The translations under genes were made by a program, and so were the position numbers. A stretch of DNA of 54,764 nucleotides from Acidobacteriota bacterium. GTDB lineage: Bacteria; Actinomycetota; Actinomycetes; Mycobacteriales; Mycobacteriaceae. The notes under the pieces are model-generated. The model searched no databases. It was not told the origin of the DNA and saw only the letters and a list, made by a program, of their open reading frames with translations. Below, in pieces: positions 36,600 to 47,121 of this stretch. Location of the stretch: NCBI GenBank assembly GCA_022708865.1, contig JAKIXW010000002.1, positions 1 through 54,764 of the forward strand, read 5' to 3'. Positions within the stretch are counted from its first letter, which is position 1. Each line of letters begins with the position of its first letter.

Positions 36600-37708
36600 G
36601 TCCGATATTCAAGACCACCGCCGTCGGCGGTCACCACCGATCGTCCACCGCCGGCGTTCTTCGCCTGATACATCGCCGAGTCGGCGCGTTTTGCGATCTC
36701 TTCGAAAGTTCCCAGCGACCACCCGGTCGCGGACATCGACGCCGCCACACCGATACTGACCGTGGGTCCGATCTCCGGCTCGCACCGGGTCATCGCGGAT
36801 TGCAGCCGATCGGCGACACGAATACCGTCGCGCTCAGTGCCGCGCATCACCACCAGGAACTCCTCGCCACCGGTCCGGGCGGCGACGCCGCCGACCGGAA
36901 GTACATCCCGCACGGCGTTGGCGACCGCGACCAGGACGCGGTCGCCGGCGGCGTGGCCTTCGGTGTCGTTGATGGATTTGAACTTGTCGATGTCGATGGC
37001 CAGCACCGTGATGGGACCAGGCGGACTGTGCAACGTGGTAACGGCGCTACTGAGTCCGCGGCGGTTGTAGAGCAGGGTCAACGGATCGTGCAGCGCATGT
37101 GACGCCCCGATCCGCAGTGACATGATGAACACTTGCAAGACGATCGGCAGACCCAGGACGGTCGGCACCAACACCAGTACCCGAACCGCGATCTCGGCCG
37201 AGGCCGCCGTGCCCTGATGCACCGCGACGGTGGTGAAGAAGACGACCGCGACGGCCGAAAATGCCAGGTGCGCGAGCAACGCCCGGGTGCCGTGCATCAA
37301 CATCACGTAGATGCCGTTGGCGGCCAGCAGGGTCAGTCCCGGCATCGCCCCGAAAGCATCTGTACAACAGAGGATCTCAGCAAAAACAGCCGCGTTCGCG
37401 ATGATGACGAACAGGCCCGACACGCATTCCGACGGCCACGGTCCCACCACCCAGGCCACCGCGATGAGCATTGAGATCACCGCTCCCACCACCACGGGCC
37501 ATTCCGTGCGTAACGACCCCGGAGCCTGGTGTTCCCAGACCACCAGGCTCAGCGAGATCAGGCCGTAGAACAGCGCCGTCGCCGCGATGAACAGCTGATA
37601 GACCCGCAACAAACCGCGTTCGTCCAGATGTCGCACGGTCCACTGATAGTCGAACGGCAGATTCCACAACGAGACGACAAAGTCCCTGACCGCCTTCCCC
37701 GTATCCAT
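36596..37708 (-). CDS. Membrane-bound GGDEF diguanylate cyclase (second copy)
   Basis: TM region. Motifs HDPLT.LYNRR, IDIDKFKSINDTEGHAAGD, ARTGGEEF and ADSAMYQAK. Confidence 0.88.
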   Translation of the reverse strand: MDTGKAVRDFVVSLWNLPFDYQWTVRHLDERGLLRVYQLFIAATALFYGLISLSLVVWEHQAPGSLRTEWPVVVGAVISMLIAVAWVVGPWPSECVSGLFVIIANAAVFAEILCCTDAFGAMPGLTLLAANGIYVMLMHGTRALLAHLAFSAVAVVFFTTVAVHQGTAASAEIAVRVLVLVPTVLGLPIVLQVFIMSLRIGASHALHDPLTLLYNRRGLSSAVTTLHSPPGPITVLAIDIDKFKSINDTEGHAAGDRVLVAVANAVRDVLPVGGVAARTGGEEFLVVMRGTERDGIRVADRLQSAMTRCEPEIGPTVSIGVAASMSATGWSLGTFEEIAKRADSAMYQAKNAGGGRSVVTADGGGLEYRT

Positions 37709-37723
37709 CTGCCCCGCGCGCTC

Positions 37724-38367
37724 CTACGGTTGCCCCGGTAGCAACCGGATCATCAGGCCGTTGGCCTCGGCCAGCAGATTGCCGGCGGGGTCGTACAGTT
37801 CGGACTCGACGAATGCCTTGCGGCCCTCGGCATCCCGGATCCGGCCACGTCCGATCAGATCGGTGTCGATCGGGGTGACGCGGCGGTAATCGACGTGCAG
37901 GAAGGCCGTCCTGCTGATCGGCCGGCCCGCCGCGTGGATGACCATCCCGAACAGCGAGTCGAACAGCAGCGGCAACACCCCACCGTGCACCGCACTGTTG
38001 CCACCGACGTGAAATCGGCTGAACCGCACGCGCAGTTCGACACCGTCGGGTTCGAATTTGTCGACGAACCACGGTGGCATCAAAAGGCTTCCGGCTCCCG
38101 GCAGGGTCGGCACCCGTTGCGCGGGTCCGACACCCTCGGGCGCCTGGTACGGGTCCAGCAGGTCCACCAGGCCCTCGACCCGGTCGGCCGCGTCGATCCA
38201 GGTGGCCGGATCGGGATTGACTGACACCGCCAGGTCCTGCAGGCCGCGCATGGCCGCCAGGAATCGGCCGAAGCCGGGGCCGGGGTCGGCGGCCTCGAAC
38301 ACCGGGAATCCGCCGTGACGGTCATAGTCGGGATCGACCCGCCGGGGGTCCAGCCCGTAGTCCGACA

Positions 38368-38368
<1 letters not shown>
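37724..38368 (-). CDS. PaaI-family hot-dog thioesterase (Rv0356c-like)
   Basis: AVHGG...LLFD motif. Directly downstream of purA. Confidence 0.88.
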
Positions 38369-39678
<1,310 letters not shown>

Positions 39679-39729
39679 CTAAATTGTGTTCACGCCGGTG
39701 AGACACCCTATCCGAATCGAGGACCATTC

Positions 39730-40353
39730 CTGAACACGCCGCATGCGCAGAGCGACATCCTGGTGGTGCGGTTCGGCGGTCACGCGATCCCCGCGGCGCT
39801 CGCCGACCTGCCGGTCGTCGAGATTTCGGAGTTGCTCCAGGACGCGCCGGCGGTGCGCCGGGTCATCGTGGTGGGCGGCTCGCCGACCGCGGACGCCGAC
39901 CTGGCCGCGGTGCTGACGACGCTGCTGCGCGCTGGCCGGCTCGACGTCGAGGTCGCTGCCCTGCACACGGTCGGGGCGCGACGTGCCCGCACCGGAGCCA
40001 CCCGGCGGGTGCCGTTGATCCGCGACGAAACGGGCCAGGTGATCGTGGGTTCAGCGCGCTGGTTGCCCGCGGCCGGGACGGGCACCCTGCACGGCGAGGC
40101 CGTGGTCGATGACGCCGTCCTGTTCGACGGCGACGTGGCCGAGGTCCGGATCGAAGCGACCCGGGACCTGCCGGGTCTGCGCGCCCGGGTGCGGGCCGGC
40201 CGGCTGCGCCGCGGTCGCTGGGTCAACGGCCGGGCCGTCCAGCTGGGGACCGTCGGAGCGCGGGTCGTCCGCGACGGCATCGAGGCGCCCCGCGAGGTAC
40301 GGCGTTCGACGTTCTACCGCAACACCGAAGGCTGGCTGGCGGTCACCGGGTAG
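39730..40353 (+). CDS. Conserved hypothetical protein (Rv0358-like)
   Basis: DADLAAVL..LLR..RLDVEVA, RVPLIRDETG and GRAVQLG. Start is either CTG 39730 (after GAGGA) or GTG 39763. Confidence 0.7.
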   Translation: MNTPHAQSDILVVRFGGHAIPAALADLPVVEISELLQDAPAVRRVIVVGGSPTADADLAAVLTTLLRAGRLDVEVAALHTVGARRARTGATRRVPLIRDETGQVIVGSARWLPAAGTGTLHGEAVVDDAVLFDGDVAEVRIEATRDLPGLRARVRAGRLRRGRWVNGRAVQLGTVGARVVRDGIEAPREVRRSTFYRNTEGWLAVTG

Positions 40354-40363
40354 CTTCTGGGAC

Positions 40364-41152
40364 GTGAACATTCGCCCGCTCGGGAGCCGGTCGGCGGTCC
40401 GGCCCAGCCCGGTTTTCCTGCTGTTACTGGGGGTGACCGCAGCCGGCGGGGTGTTGGCCTGGCTGGCCGGCGAAGCCCGGATGGACAACGAGCCGATCGC
40501 CTACGCCGGGGTGTTCATCCTGGTGATCGCGGGCTGGGTGGTCTCGCTGTGCCTGCACGAGTTCGGCCACGCCTTCACCGCGTGGCGCTTCGGCGACCAC
40601 GACGCGGCGACGCGCGGCTACCTGTCGCTGAACCCGCTCGAGTACACCAGCCCGGTGTTCTCCATCGTGTTGCCGCTGCTGTTCATCGCGATGGGCGGGA
40701 TCGGCCTGCCGGGCGGGGCGGTCTGGGTGCGCACCGACACGATGACCAAGTCGCAGCGCACCCTGGTCAGCCTGGCCGGACCGCTGGTGAACCTGGCGCT
40801 CGCCGTCGTGCTGCTCGGCGCGGTCCAGTTGTTCTACCGGCACGATCACTCGGTGTTCTGGTCCGGTGTGGCCTTCCTGGCGCTGCTGCAGGTCATGGCG
40901 GTGGTCCTGAACATCCTGCCGATCCCGCCGCTGGACGGCTACAACGCGCTGGAACCGCACCTGAGCCCCGGCCTGCAACGCTCGCTGGCGCCGGTCAAGC
41001 AGTACGGCTTCTTCATCCTGCTGTTCATCCTGATCGCGCCGCCGCTGAACCAGTGGTTCTTCACGTTCGTGTTCAAGGTCTACGCGCTGCTGGGCGGCAT
41101 CGACCAGCTGGCCGCCATCGGGTACGGGCTGACCCTGTTCTGGCACCGCTGA
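40364..41152 (+). CDS. rip2: Site-2 (M50) intramembrane zinc protease (Rv0359-like)
   Basis: HEFGH, AGPLVN and NILPIPPLDG. Confidence 0.88.
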   Translation: MNIRPLGSRSAVRPSPVFLLLLGVTAAGGVLAWLAGEARMDNEPIAYAGVFILVIAGWVVSLCLHEFGHAFTAWRFGDHDAATRGYLSLNPLEYTSPVFSIVLPLLFIAMGGIGLPGGAVWVRTDTMTKSQRTLVSLAGPLVNLALAVVLLGAVQLFYRHDHSVFWSGVAFLALLQVMAVVLNILPIPPLDGYNALEPHLSPGLQRSLAPVKQYGFFILLFILIAPPLNQWFFTFVFKVYALLGGIDQLAAIGYGLTLFWHR

Positions 41153-41193
41153 GGTCCGCACAGGACCACTCGGCCCGATCGACTCAGCGTTTC

Positions 41194-41229
41194 CTGCGAG
41201 GCCCACTCGAACAACGTCGCAACCAACGC
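41194..41229. repeat. Intergenic hairpin-forming repeat, copy 1
   Basis: CTGCGAGGCCCACTCGAACAACGTCGCAACCAACGC, 31/36 identical to 42219-42254. Outer inverted repeat TCAGCGTT (41184-41191) / AACGCTGA (41225-41232). Confidence 0.8.
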
Positions 41230-41267
41230 TGACTGGATGCCGGAACCGCATCGGGATCGTGGACCAC

Positions 41268-41297
41268 TTGCCCCGTATGCAGAGATACGCATAGATT
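41268..41297 (+). promoter_or_regulatory. CDF gene promoter with TATGC-N8-GCATA inverted repeat (candidate metal-sensor operator)
   Basis: TTGCCC at 41268 and TAGATT at 41292, 8 nt before the ATG. Dyad TATGC 41276-41280 / GCATA 41289-41293. Confidence 0.55.
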
Positions 41298-41305
41298 CTC
41301 GACCC

Positions 41306-42202
41306 ATGGGCGCAGGACACGATCACCACCACGGCGGCGAGACCCGCGTCAGTCGCATGTTGATCGCCGCGGCGATCCTGACCACGTTCTTCGCCGTCGA
41401 GCTGGGCACCGCGCTGTGGATCAACTCCATCGCGCTGCTGGCCGACGCGGGGCACATGCTGACCGACCTGGTGGCCATGTTCATGGGGCTGTCCGCGGTG
41501 CTGCTGGCCCGGCACGGTCCGGCGTCGGCGGCGCGCACCTACGGGTGGCACCGCGCCGAGGTGTTCACCGCGGTGGCCAATGCCGCACTGCTGATGGGCG
41601 TCGCGGCGTTCATCCTCTACGAGGCGTACGAACGCCTCGGTGACGCACCGGAGATCCCCGGCGTCCCGATGATCGTCGTTGCGCTGGCCGGCCTGCTGGC
41701 CAACCTGGCGGTGGTGCTGCTGCTGCGCGCCGACTCCGAGAAGAGCCTCGCGGTCAAGGGCGCCTACATGGAGGTCGTCGCCGACACCGTCGGCAGCATC
41801 GGCGTCCTGATCGCCGGCATCGTCACGGTCACCACGCGCTGGCCGTACGCCGACGTCGTGGTGGCGGTGCTGGTGGCGCTGTGGGTGCTGCCGCGGGCCA
41901 TCTCACTGGCGCGGCAGGCGCTGCGGATCCTGTCCGAGTCGTCGCCGAGCCACATCGACGTCGATGAGTTACGTGCTGCGCTCGAACAGGTCGAGGGCGT
42001 GACGGGCGTCCACGATCTGCACGTGTGGACCCTGGTGCCGGGCAAGGACATGGCCACCGCGCACCTGACGAGCTGCGCCGACTCGACTCGGGTGCTCGAC
42101 GAGGCGCGGGCCGTGCTGGCCGCCCGCGGGCTCGAGCACGCGACCGTACAGGTCGAGCCGCCCGAGGCCGGGGACTGCGAGCAGCGCACCGATTCATGGT
42201 GA
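41306..42202 (+). CDS. Cation diffusion facilitator (Zn/Co/Cd exporter, CzcD/ZitB-like)
   Basis: His-rich start MGAGHDHHH, ALLADAGHMLTD, TYGWHRAE, HDLHVW and HATVQVE. Confidence 0.93.
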   Translation: MGAGHDHHHGGETRVSRMLIAAAILTTFFAVELGTALWINSIALLADAGHMLTDLVAMFMGLSAVLLARHGPASAARTYGWHRAEVFTAVANAALLMGVAAFILYEAYERLGDAPEIPGVPMIVVALAGLLANLAVVLLLRADSEKSLAVKGAYMEVVADTVGSIGVLIAGIVTVTTRWPYADVVVAVLVALWVLPRAISLARQALRILSESSPSHIDVDELRAALEQVEGVTGVHDLHVWTLVPGKDMATAHLTSCADSTRVLDEARAVLAARGLEHATVQVEPPEAGDCEQRTDSW

Positions 42203-42218
42203 ATCTGTGCGGCGGCCG

Positions 42219-42254
42219 CTGCGAGGTTCACTCGCACGACGTCGCAGCCAACGC
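42219..42254. repeat. Intergenic hairpin-forming repeat, copy 2
   Basis: CTGCGAGGTTCACTCGCACGACGTCGCAGCCAACGC, with outer ATCTGT/ACAGAT inverted repeat. Confidence 0.8.
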
Positions 42255-42278
42255 GAACAGATCACGATCGATCCCGGT

Positions 42279-42695
42279 CTACCCCAGGGCGAGTTCGCGG
42301 CGGGCGCTCGGATCGCAGTCGTCGAGCAGGTCGAGGCACCGCTGGTACTCATCGGTCTCGCCGATCGCGTCGGCGGCCCGCGCCAGCGCTGCGACACACC
42401 GCAGGAAGCCCTGGTTGGGTTCGTGCGCGAACGGCACCGGCCCGAATCCCTTCCACCCGTTGCGGCGCAACTGGTCCAGGCCGCGGTGGTAACCGGTCCG
42501 GGCGTAGGCGTAGGCCGTGATGACCTTGTCGTCCTCGAGCGCGTGCTCGGCAAGCGTCGCCCAGGCCACCGAAGCCGTGGGATGAGCGGCGGCGACGATC
42601 GCGGCCTTCTCCCCCGCCAGCAACGCGTCCTCGGCCTGTTCGTCGGCCGGCAGCCGCACCGGATCCGGTCCCAGCAGATCACCCATCCGTGTCAT
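42279..42695 (-). CDS. DUF3151 protein (Rv0360c-like)
   Basis: MGDLLGPDP and AYAYARTGYHRGLDQLRRNGWKGFGPVPF.HEPN. Confidence 0.92.
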   Translation of the reverse strand: MTRMGDLLGPDPVRLPADEQAEDALLAGEKAAIVAAAHPTASVAWATLAEHALEDDKVITAYAYARTGYHRGLDQLRRNGWKGFGPVPFAHEPNQGFLRCVAALARAADAIGETDEYQRCLDLLDDCDPSARRELALG

Positions 42696-42761
42696 GGCGA
42701 CCATTGTGCCTCTACGCTCGACGATGGATGCCAACGGGCGAACGGGAGGAAGCCAACACCG

Positions 42762-43367
42762 ATGTCGAACCCTGATGGGCCCGGCCCGGATCCCCAATCC
42801 CAGGGCGCCGAACCCGACACCCTGGCTGCCGAGCAGTACGCCGCCGACTTCGAGACCGAGGTGATCAGCACTCCCTGGGACGCCGAAGCCGACTCCGAGT
42901 CCGCGCGGTCGGTGAACACCCCGGGCGAGCGCCGGTTCACCGCGCCGTCGGGCATGGACGCGGGCTCCACCCAGGTGATCGGGCGCGCGCCCGATCCGGC
43001 CACCGAGATCATCGACATGGGCGCGGCCGGCGTCGCCGCCCGCACGGGAGCCCAATTCCGAACCGCCGCCCCCCGCGAGATTCCGCCGCGGCGCCGGCCG
43101 AAGATGCCGATCCGGTCCGGCAAGTGGGGCTGGGTGCTGGCCGTCCTGCTGGTGATCGCCGCGCTGGCGGCCGTGGCCATCCTGGGCACTCTGCTGCTCG
43201 GTCGCGCCAATGACCCCAAGGCGTCCCACGAGGATCGCGTCCGCGCCACGATCAACGCCGGGGCGAATGTGATGTACCTGGCGTTCGACCCCCGGACCCG
43301 GTCCGCCCGCAGCTGCGACCCCGAGTTCCGCGGCGACCAGTGGAAGATCTGCCAGGAACCTGGCTAA
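42762..43367 (+). pseudogene. Rv0361 homologue with in-frame internal deletion of most of the extracellular domain
   Basis: Disordered N-terminus with RRFTAPSGMDAGSTQ and one TM. EDRVRATI is followed immediately by ANV...AF...WKICQ, which in remembered homologues are tens of residues apart. Confidence 0.6.
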
Positions 43368-45157
43368 CGGGGCGAATCACCGCGCCATACAAAGCTGTTC
43401 ACGTACTTCGCCATGTCCAGGGCGAGTTGGAGATTCGCACCCGACGGGTGACCGTTGCCGAAGCTGGGGCTGAATTCGTGATACGGCCCGACGGCCGAGG
43501 CCACCAGCACGTAGTCGTTCTTCACCGCGGCCAGCACCAGGATCCGCAACCGCAGGTAGGTGCCGCTGCCGTCCTGCGGATAGTCGTCGGCCGCCACCCC
43601 GTAGCCCGGCTGATAACCGACGGAGGCATTCGGGATCTCGTACGCGACGGCGGCGTCGGGGTACCGGCGCCGCAGTAGGTCGGTGATCACCTGTTGGGGG
43701 CTTCGGCCCCGGGCCGGTTCGCCGTGCAGTTCCAGCGTCCCGGTGTCGCCCCCGGTGAAGTCGAGCACCACTCCGCTGTCGGTGGAGGTGGAGCGGTATG
43801 CCGTGCCCGCGCCGGGGTAGGAGACCACGAAATCGCCGTCCGCGGAGGTGAATTGGGGATTGGTCTCAACCGGGGTCCCGATCGGGGGTGCGCCGCAATC
43901 GGGCGGACATACGTAGCGGGCCGGCCGGGCCGTCACCGTCGTCGAAACGCCGAATGCCACGACGGCGAGCACAGCCACGCCCGCGCCGACGGCCAGCATC
44001 AGCCGGCGACGGGTTGCCGGCACGGTGCGCCCGGGCCCACCGCCAGTGCGCGCCGTGCGTGAGAACGCGTGCAGCGCCACACCGCAATCGGCACAGAACC
44101 GCGCGCCCTGCTCCGCCGGGCCGCAGTCCGGACACACCGCGCGCTCGGTGGGGTCCAGCGCTTCCTTCAGCAGCACCTGCCGCACCGCAAATCGGGTGGC
44201 CGCCAACGCGATCACGGCGATCCCGAGGTGCATGACCAGATGCAGCCACTCACGGACCGGAAGGATCTCCAGCACCCGCTGCACCCCGGACAGCGCAACG
44301 ATCACCAGCACCGCGGCCGCGACGGCCCGCACATCCACGCCGCGGCCCGACGGACGGCGGAACCAGACGGTCAGTCCGAACAGCCCGCCGAGTGCGGCCG
44401 CCGTCAACGGCACGGCGAACCCGTGGATGCCCGCCCCCACGAGCAGGTCCATGATGGAACGCCGCGCGGTCGTCGGGCCGGCCGCCAGCTGCGGCGCCAG
44501 CCGGACGATGGTCGACGCCATCGTGAAGAAGGTGGCACCCGATGCGCCGATCACGTAGCCGTCCAACGATTCCCGTTGCCCGGCGCGCCCGGCCCACGCC
44601 GCGGCGACGATGATCGTCGGCAGCAGCATCACCAGCGCGCCGGTAGCGGTCAGTGCCATGCCCTGCGCGAAAACGTTGACGTTGTCCGGTCCGGACCCCA
44701 GTGGCACGTCGTAACCGCGCGTCACCATCTTGCCGCTGAACGCACCCCATACCGCGCCGATCACCGGGCCCAGGATGGCGATGCTCACCAGGATCCGGCG
44801 CGGAAAGTCCTGGAACACATCGGATTCCGCGAGGTACACGGTGAACAGCAGGGCGAACCCGAAGGTCGCGACCACTACCACCGGGGCCTGCCACCGCAGC
44901 GCGGCGAACGCTACGAGCGCGGCGAGCACCGCAACCAACGCGGTCCGGAAGGGGCCGCGGGCATGGGGCGTCAGTCTCGGGAACAGCGAGGTGACCACCG
45001 ACGGCAGGAACACCCGCTCACCGGGGGCGACCGGGTGGCCGCGCCGGTGCTTGTGCCCGAACCGCGAACCGCACGAGGTGCAGTACGAACCGGGCGGCCC
45101 GCTGGTTCGGCAGGCGGTGCACGTCAGCTCGGAAACCGGGACACCGTTCTCGGTCAT
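43364..45157 (-). CDS. Double zinc-ribbon multi-pass membrane protein with degenerate PrsW-like domain and C-terminal extracytoplasmic domain
   Basis: CTAC...CTSC at the N-terminus, about eight TM helices incl. RESLDGYVIG, then CPDC...CADC, a final TM and a CPPDCG-initiated soluble domain. Confidence 0.75.
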   Translation of the reverse strand: MTENGVPVSELTCTACRTSGPPGSYCTSCGSRFGHKHRRGHPVAPGERVFLPSVVTSLFPRLTPHARGPFRTALVAVLAALVAFAALRWQAPVVVVATFGFALLFTVYLAESDVFQDFPRRILVSIAILGPVIGAVWGAFSGKMVTRGYDVPLGSGPDNVNVFAQGMALTATGALVMLLPTIIVAAAWAGRAGQRESLDGYVIGASGATFFTMASTIVRLAPQLAAGPTTARRSIMDLLVGAGIHGFAVPLTAAALGGLFGLTVWFRRPSGRGVDVRAVAAAVLVIVALSGVQRVLEILPVREWLHLVMHLGIAVIALAATRFAVRQVLLKEALDPTERAVCPDCGPAEQGARFCADCGVALHAFSRTARTGGGPGRTVPATRRRLMLAVGAGVAVLAVVAFGVSTTVTARPARYVCPPDCGAPPIGTPVETNPQFTSADGDFVVSYPGAGTAYRSTSTDSGVVLDFTGGDTGTLELHGEPARGRSPQQVITDLLRRRYPDAAVAYEIPNASVGYQPGYGVAADDYPQDGSGTYLRLRILVLAAVKNDYVLVASAVGPYHEFSPSFGNGHPSGANLQLALDMAKYVNSFVWRGDSPR

Positions 45158-46743
45158 CGATGAATCCCCTCCCGCTGCGCGTCCAGCAGTACGCGAGCGA
45201 GGTTGTCGGCGTTGGGGCTGCCCAGTCCGGTCACCGTGTCATATCCGGGTGCGGCGTGATCGACGGCGTTGCCGCCCACGCTCATATCGCGGAATCCGGG
45301 CAGCGCCGACCCGGCGGCGACGCGGTAGAGCAACGGGTTGAGGTCGCCCAGCGGACGCCCGCCACGGGCGGCCAGATACTGGTTCATCAGAACGGTCAGC
45401 GCCGCCCAGATCGGGGCGGCCTGCGACGTTCCCGCCCCGATGTGCGGACGGCCGTTGTACACAATGCGCACTCCGGTGAACGGATCGGCGACCGCGGCGA
45501 TGTCGGGCGCCAGGCGATGCGTGCTGTCGCGGTCCGTCGACACGCCGCGCTGAAAGTCCGGCCGGTCGTACAGGCGCGACACCCCGCCGCTGCTGCCCTG
45601 CGACAACGGCCCGTCGCTCCAGGCCTGTTCGGCCAACCACCGGCCGTCGGCGTCGGTGGACAACGTGGTGCCGCCGACCGACGTCATCTCGGGGATCGAG
45701 GCCACCGAGTCCAGGCCGATGTCGCCGGGGCCCGGCGGCGCGGACCAGTTGTCCCCGCCCTTGCATTCCAGACCGCCGTTGTCACCGGAGGCGTCGAATG
45801 CCGTTGTCCCGTGGGACTGGGCCAGCTTCAGGGCGCTGCGGATCGGCGCGAGGTCGGTCGCTGTCGGGAACGCGTCGCAGGACCACCCGATCGACAGGCT
45901 CCAGACCGCCCCCGGATAGTCGCGGTCGGCCGCGCGGAACATCTCGCCGACCTTCTCGTAGGCACCACTGCCCTCGACCGTCGGCCGCGCGTTGACCACC
46001 ACCAGGCGGGCATCGGGCGCAATCGCGTGGGCCACCTCCAGATCCATCACCGTCTCGCCGCGCGGCGGCCCCGGATCGCCGCCGACCAGGACGGGCGTGA
46101 ACTGCGGGAGGCCCGACGCGTCGGCGAAATCATCGAGATCGCTCTGCTGGAAGCCGTCGAACTCGAAGAACACGATGGTCGCACCCTGGCCCGTATATCC
46201 CTGTTCGACAAGGGGTTTCGCGTTGTAGACGGTCAGCAGCTGATCGGGGACCAGGCCCTGCATCGGCACGTCGAGCGGGAACATCCCCGGCCGCGCCATG
46301 TGGTGCGGGGTATATCCGAGGATCCGCCCGACGTCGATCACCCCACCGGACAGCGCCCGGGGCACCGCGGGTTGGCGAGCCGACGCGTAGAACACCTGCC
46401 CCGTGCGGCCGCGGTAGTCGTGGATCGGTACCGCAAAGGCACGCGCGACGTCGTCGGCCCCGCCTTCGAGGATCGCCCAGCTCTCGCCCGGGCGCCAGCG
46501 AACGGACAGCCGGCGAGCGCCCGCCCAGTCGAACAACACGGCGGGTCGGACCGCGTTGCGCAGTCCGACCGCCACGCTGGTGCCGGGGGCGTCCGAGGAG
46601 CCCAGATCCTCCGAATCGGCGAGCAACGACGCGTACGCACCGGTGATCTCGGCTTGGTCCGGTTCCCGCTGCGACGACCAGCCACACGACGAAACCAGCA
46701 ATGCGATTCCGGTCAACATTGCCGACCACCGGTGCGCCCTCAT
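45154..46743 (-). CDS. Lipoprotein S53 (sedolisin/kumamolisin) protease with pro-domain
   Basis: Lipobox VSSC. Catalytic ETVMD (Glu/Asp), ASGDNG (oxyanion Asp), GAGTS (Ser) and Ca-site GYDTVTGLGSP. Confidence 0.9.
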   Translation of the reverse strand: MRAHRWSAMLTGIALLVSSCGWSSQREPDQAEITGAYASLLADSEDLGSSDAPGTSVAVGLRNAVRPAVLFDWAGARRLSVRWRPGESWAILEGGADDVARAFAVPIHDYRGRTGQVFYASARQPAVPRALSGGVIDVGRILGYTPHHMARPGMFPLDVPMQGLVPDQLLTVYNAKPLVEQGYTGQGATIVFFEFDGFQQSDLDDFADASGLPQFTPVLVGGDPGPPRGETVMDLEVAHAIAPDARLVVVNARPTVEGSGAYEKVGEMFRAADRDYPGAVWSLSIGWSCDAFPTATDLAPIRSALKLAQSHGTTAFDASGDNGGLECKGGDNWSAPPGPGDIGLDSVASIPEMTSVGGTTLSTDADGRWLAEQAWSDGPLSQGSSGGVSRLYDRPDFQRGVSTDRDSTHRLAPDIAAVADPFTGVRIVYNGRPHIGAGTSQAAPIWAALTVLMNQYLAARGGRPLGDLNPLLYRVAAGSALPGFRDMSVGGNAVDHAAPGYDTVTGLGSPNADNLARVLLDAQREGIHR

Positions 46744-46772
46744 CGAGATCGACCCGCTAGGGCCGAATTTCG

Positions 46773-47033
46773 TCAGTGGTCGCCGTGATGCCTGTTCTGC
46801 GTGTGCGTGGGTGGTGTCGGCGAGAACGGATCGTCCTGGACGGGACCGCCCTTCTCCGTCGGAGCCGGCGCCGGGGTGGTCGCCGTCGTGGTGGTCGGCG
46901 TCGTGGTGGTGGTGGTGGTCGTCGGAGCCTCTTTGTTGTTCTCACCGCAGCCCGCGGTGATGACGCCCATGCCGATCAGTGCCGCACCGCCGATCGTGAC
47001 GACGATCCGCTTACGCCAGAGATTTTCAGCCAT
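46773..47033 (-). CDS. Small Thr/Pro-rich lipoprotein
   Basis: Signal peptide ending ITAGC, poly-Thr stalk, PTEK motif and His-rich tail HHGDH (86 aa). Confidence 0.75.
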   Translation of the reverse strand: MAENLWRKRIVVTIGGAALIGMGVITAGCGENNKEAPTTTTTTTTPTTTTATTPAPAPTEKGGPVQDDPFSPTPPTHTQNRHHGDH

Positions 47034-47121
47034 TACCAGTCCCATCTGTATGTTTCGTGCCGTCTGACACTCCAAGCCGGATCCGGCGCGCCGCTATTCC
47101 CGGCGCGGGACTGCGCCGCGC

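Noticed and set aside
45160-46788. 542-aa plus-strand ORF
   Set aside because: Mirror of the S53 protease gene; no domain features.
46875-46925. GTG/GTC triplet run as a repeat array
   Set aside because: Codon repeat encoding the lipoprotein poly-Thr stalk; not CRISPR-like.
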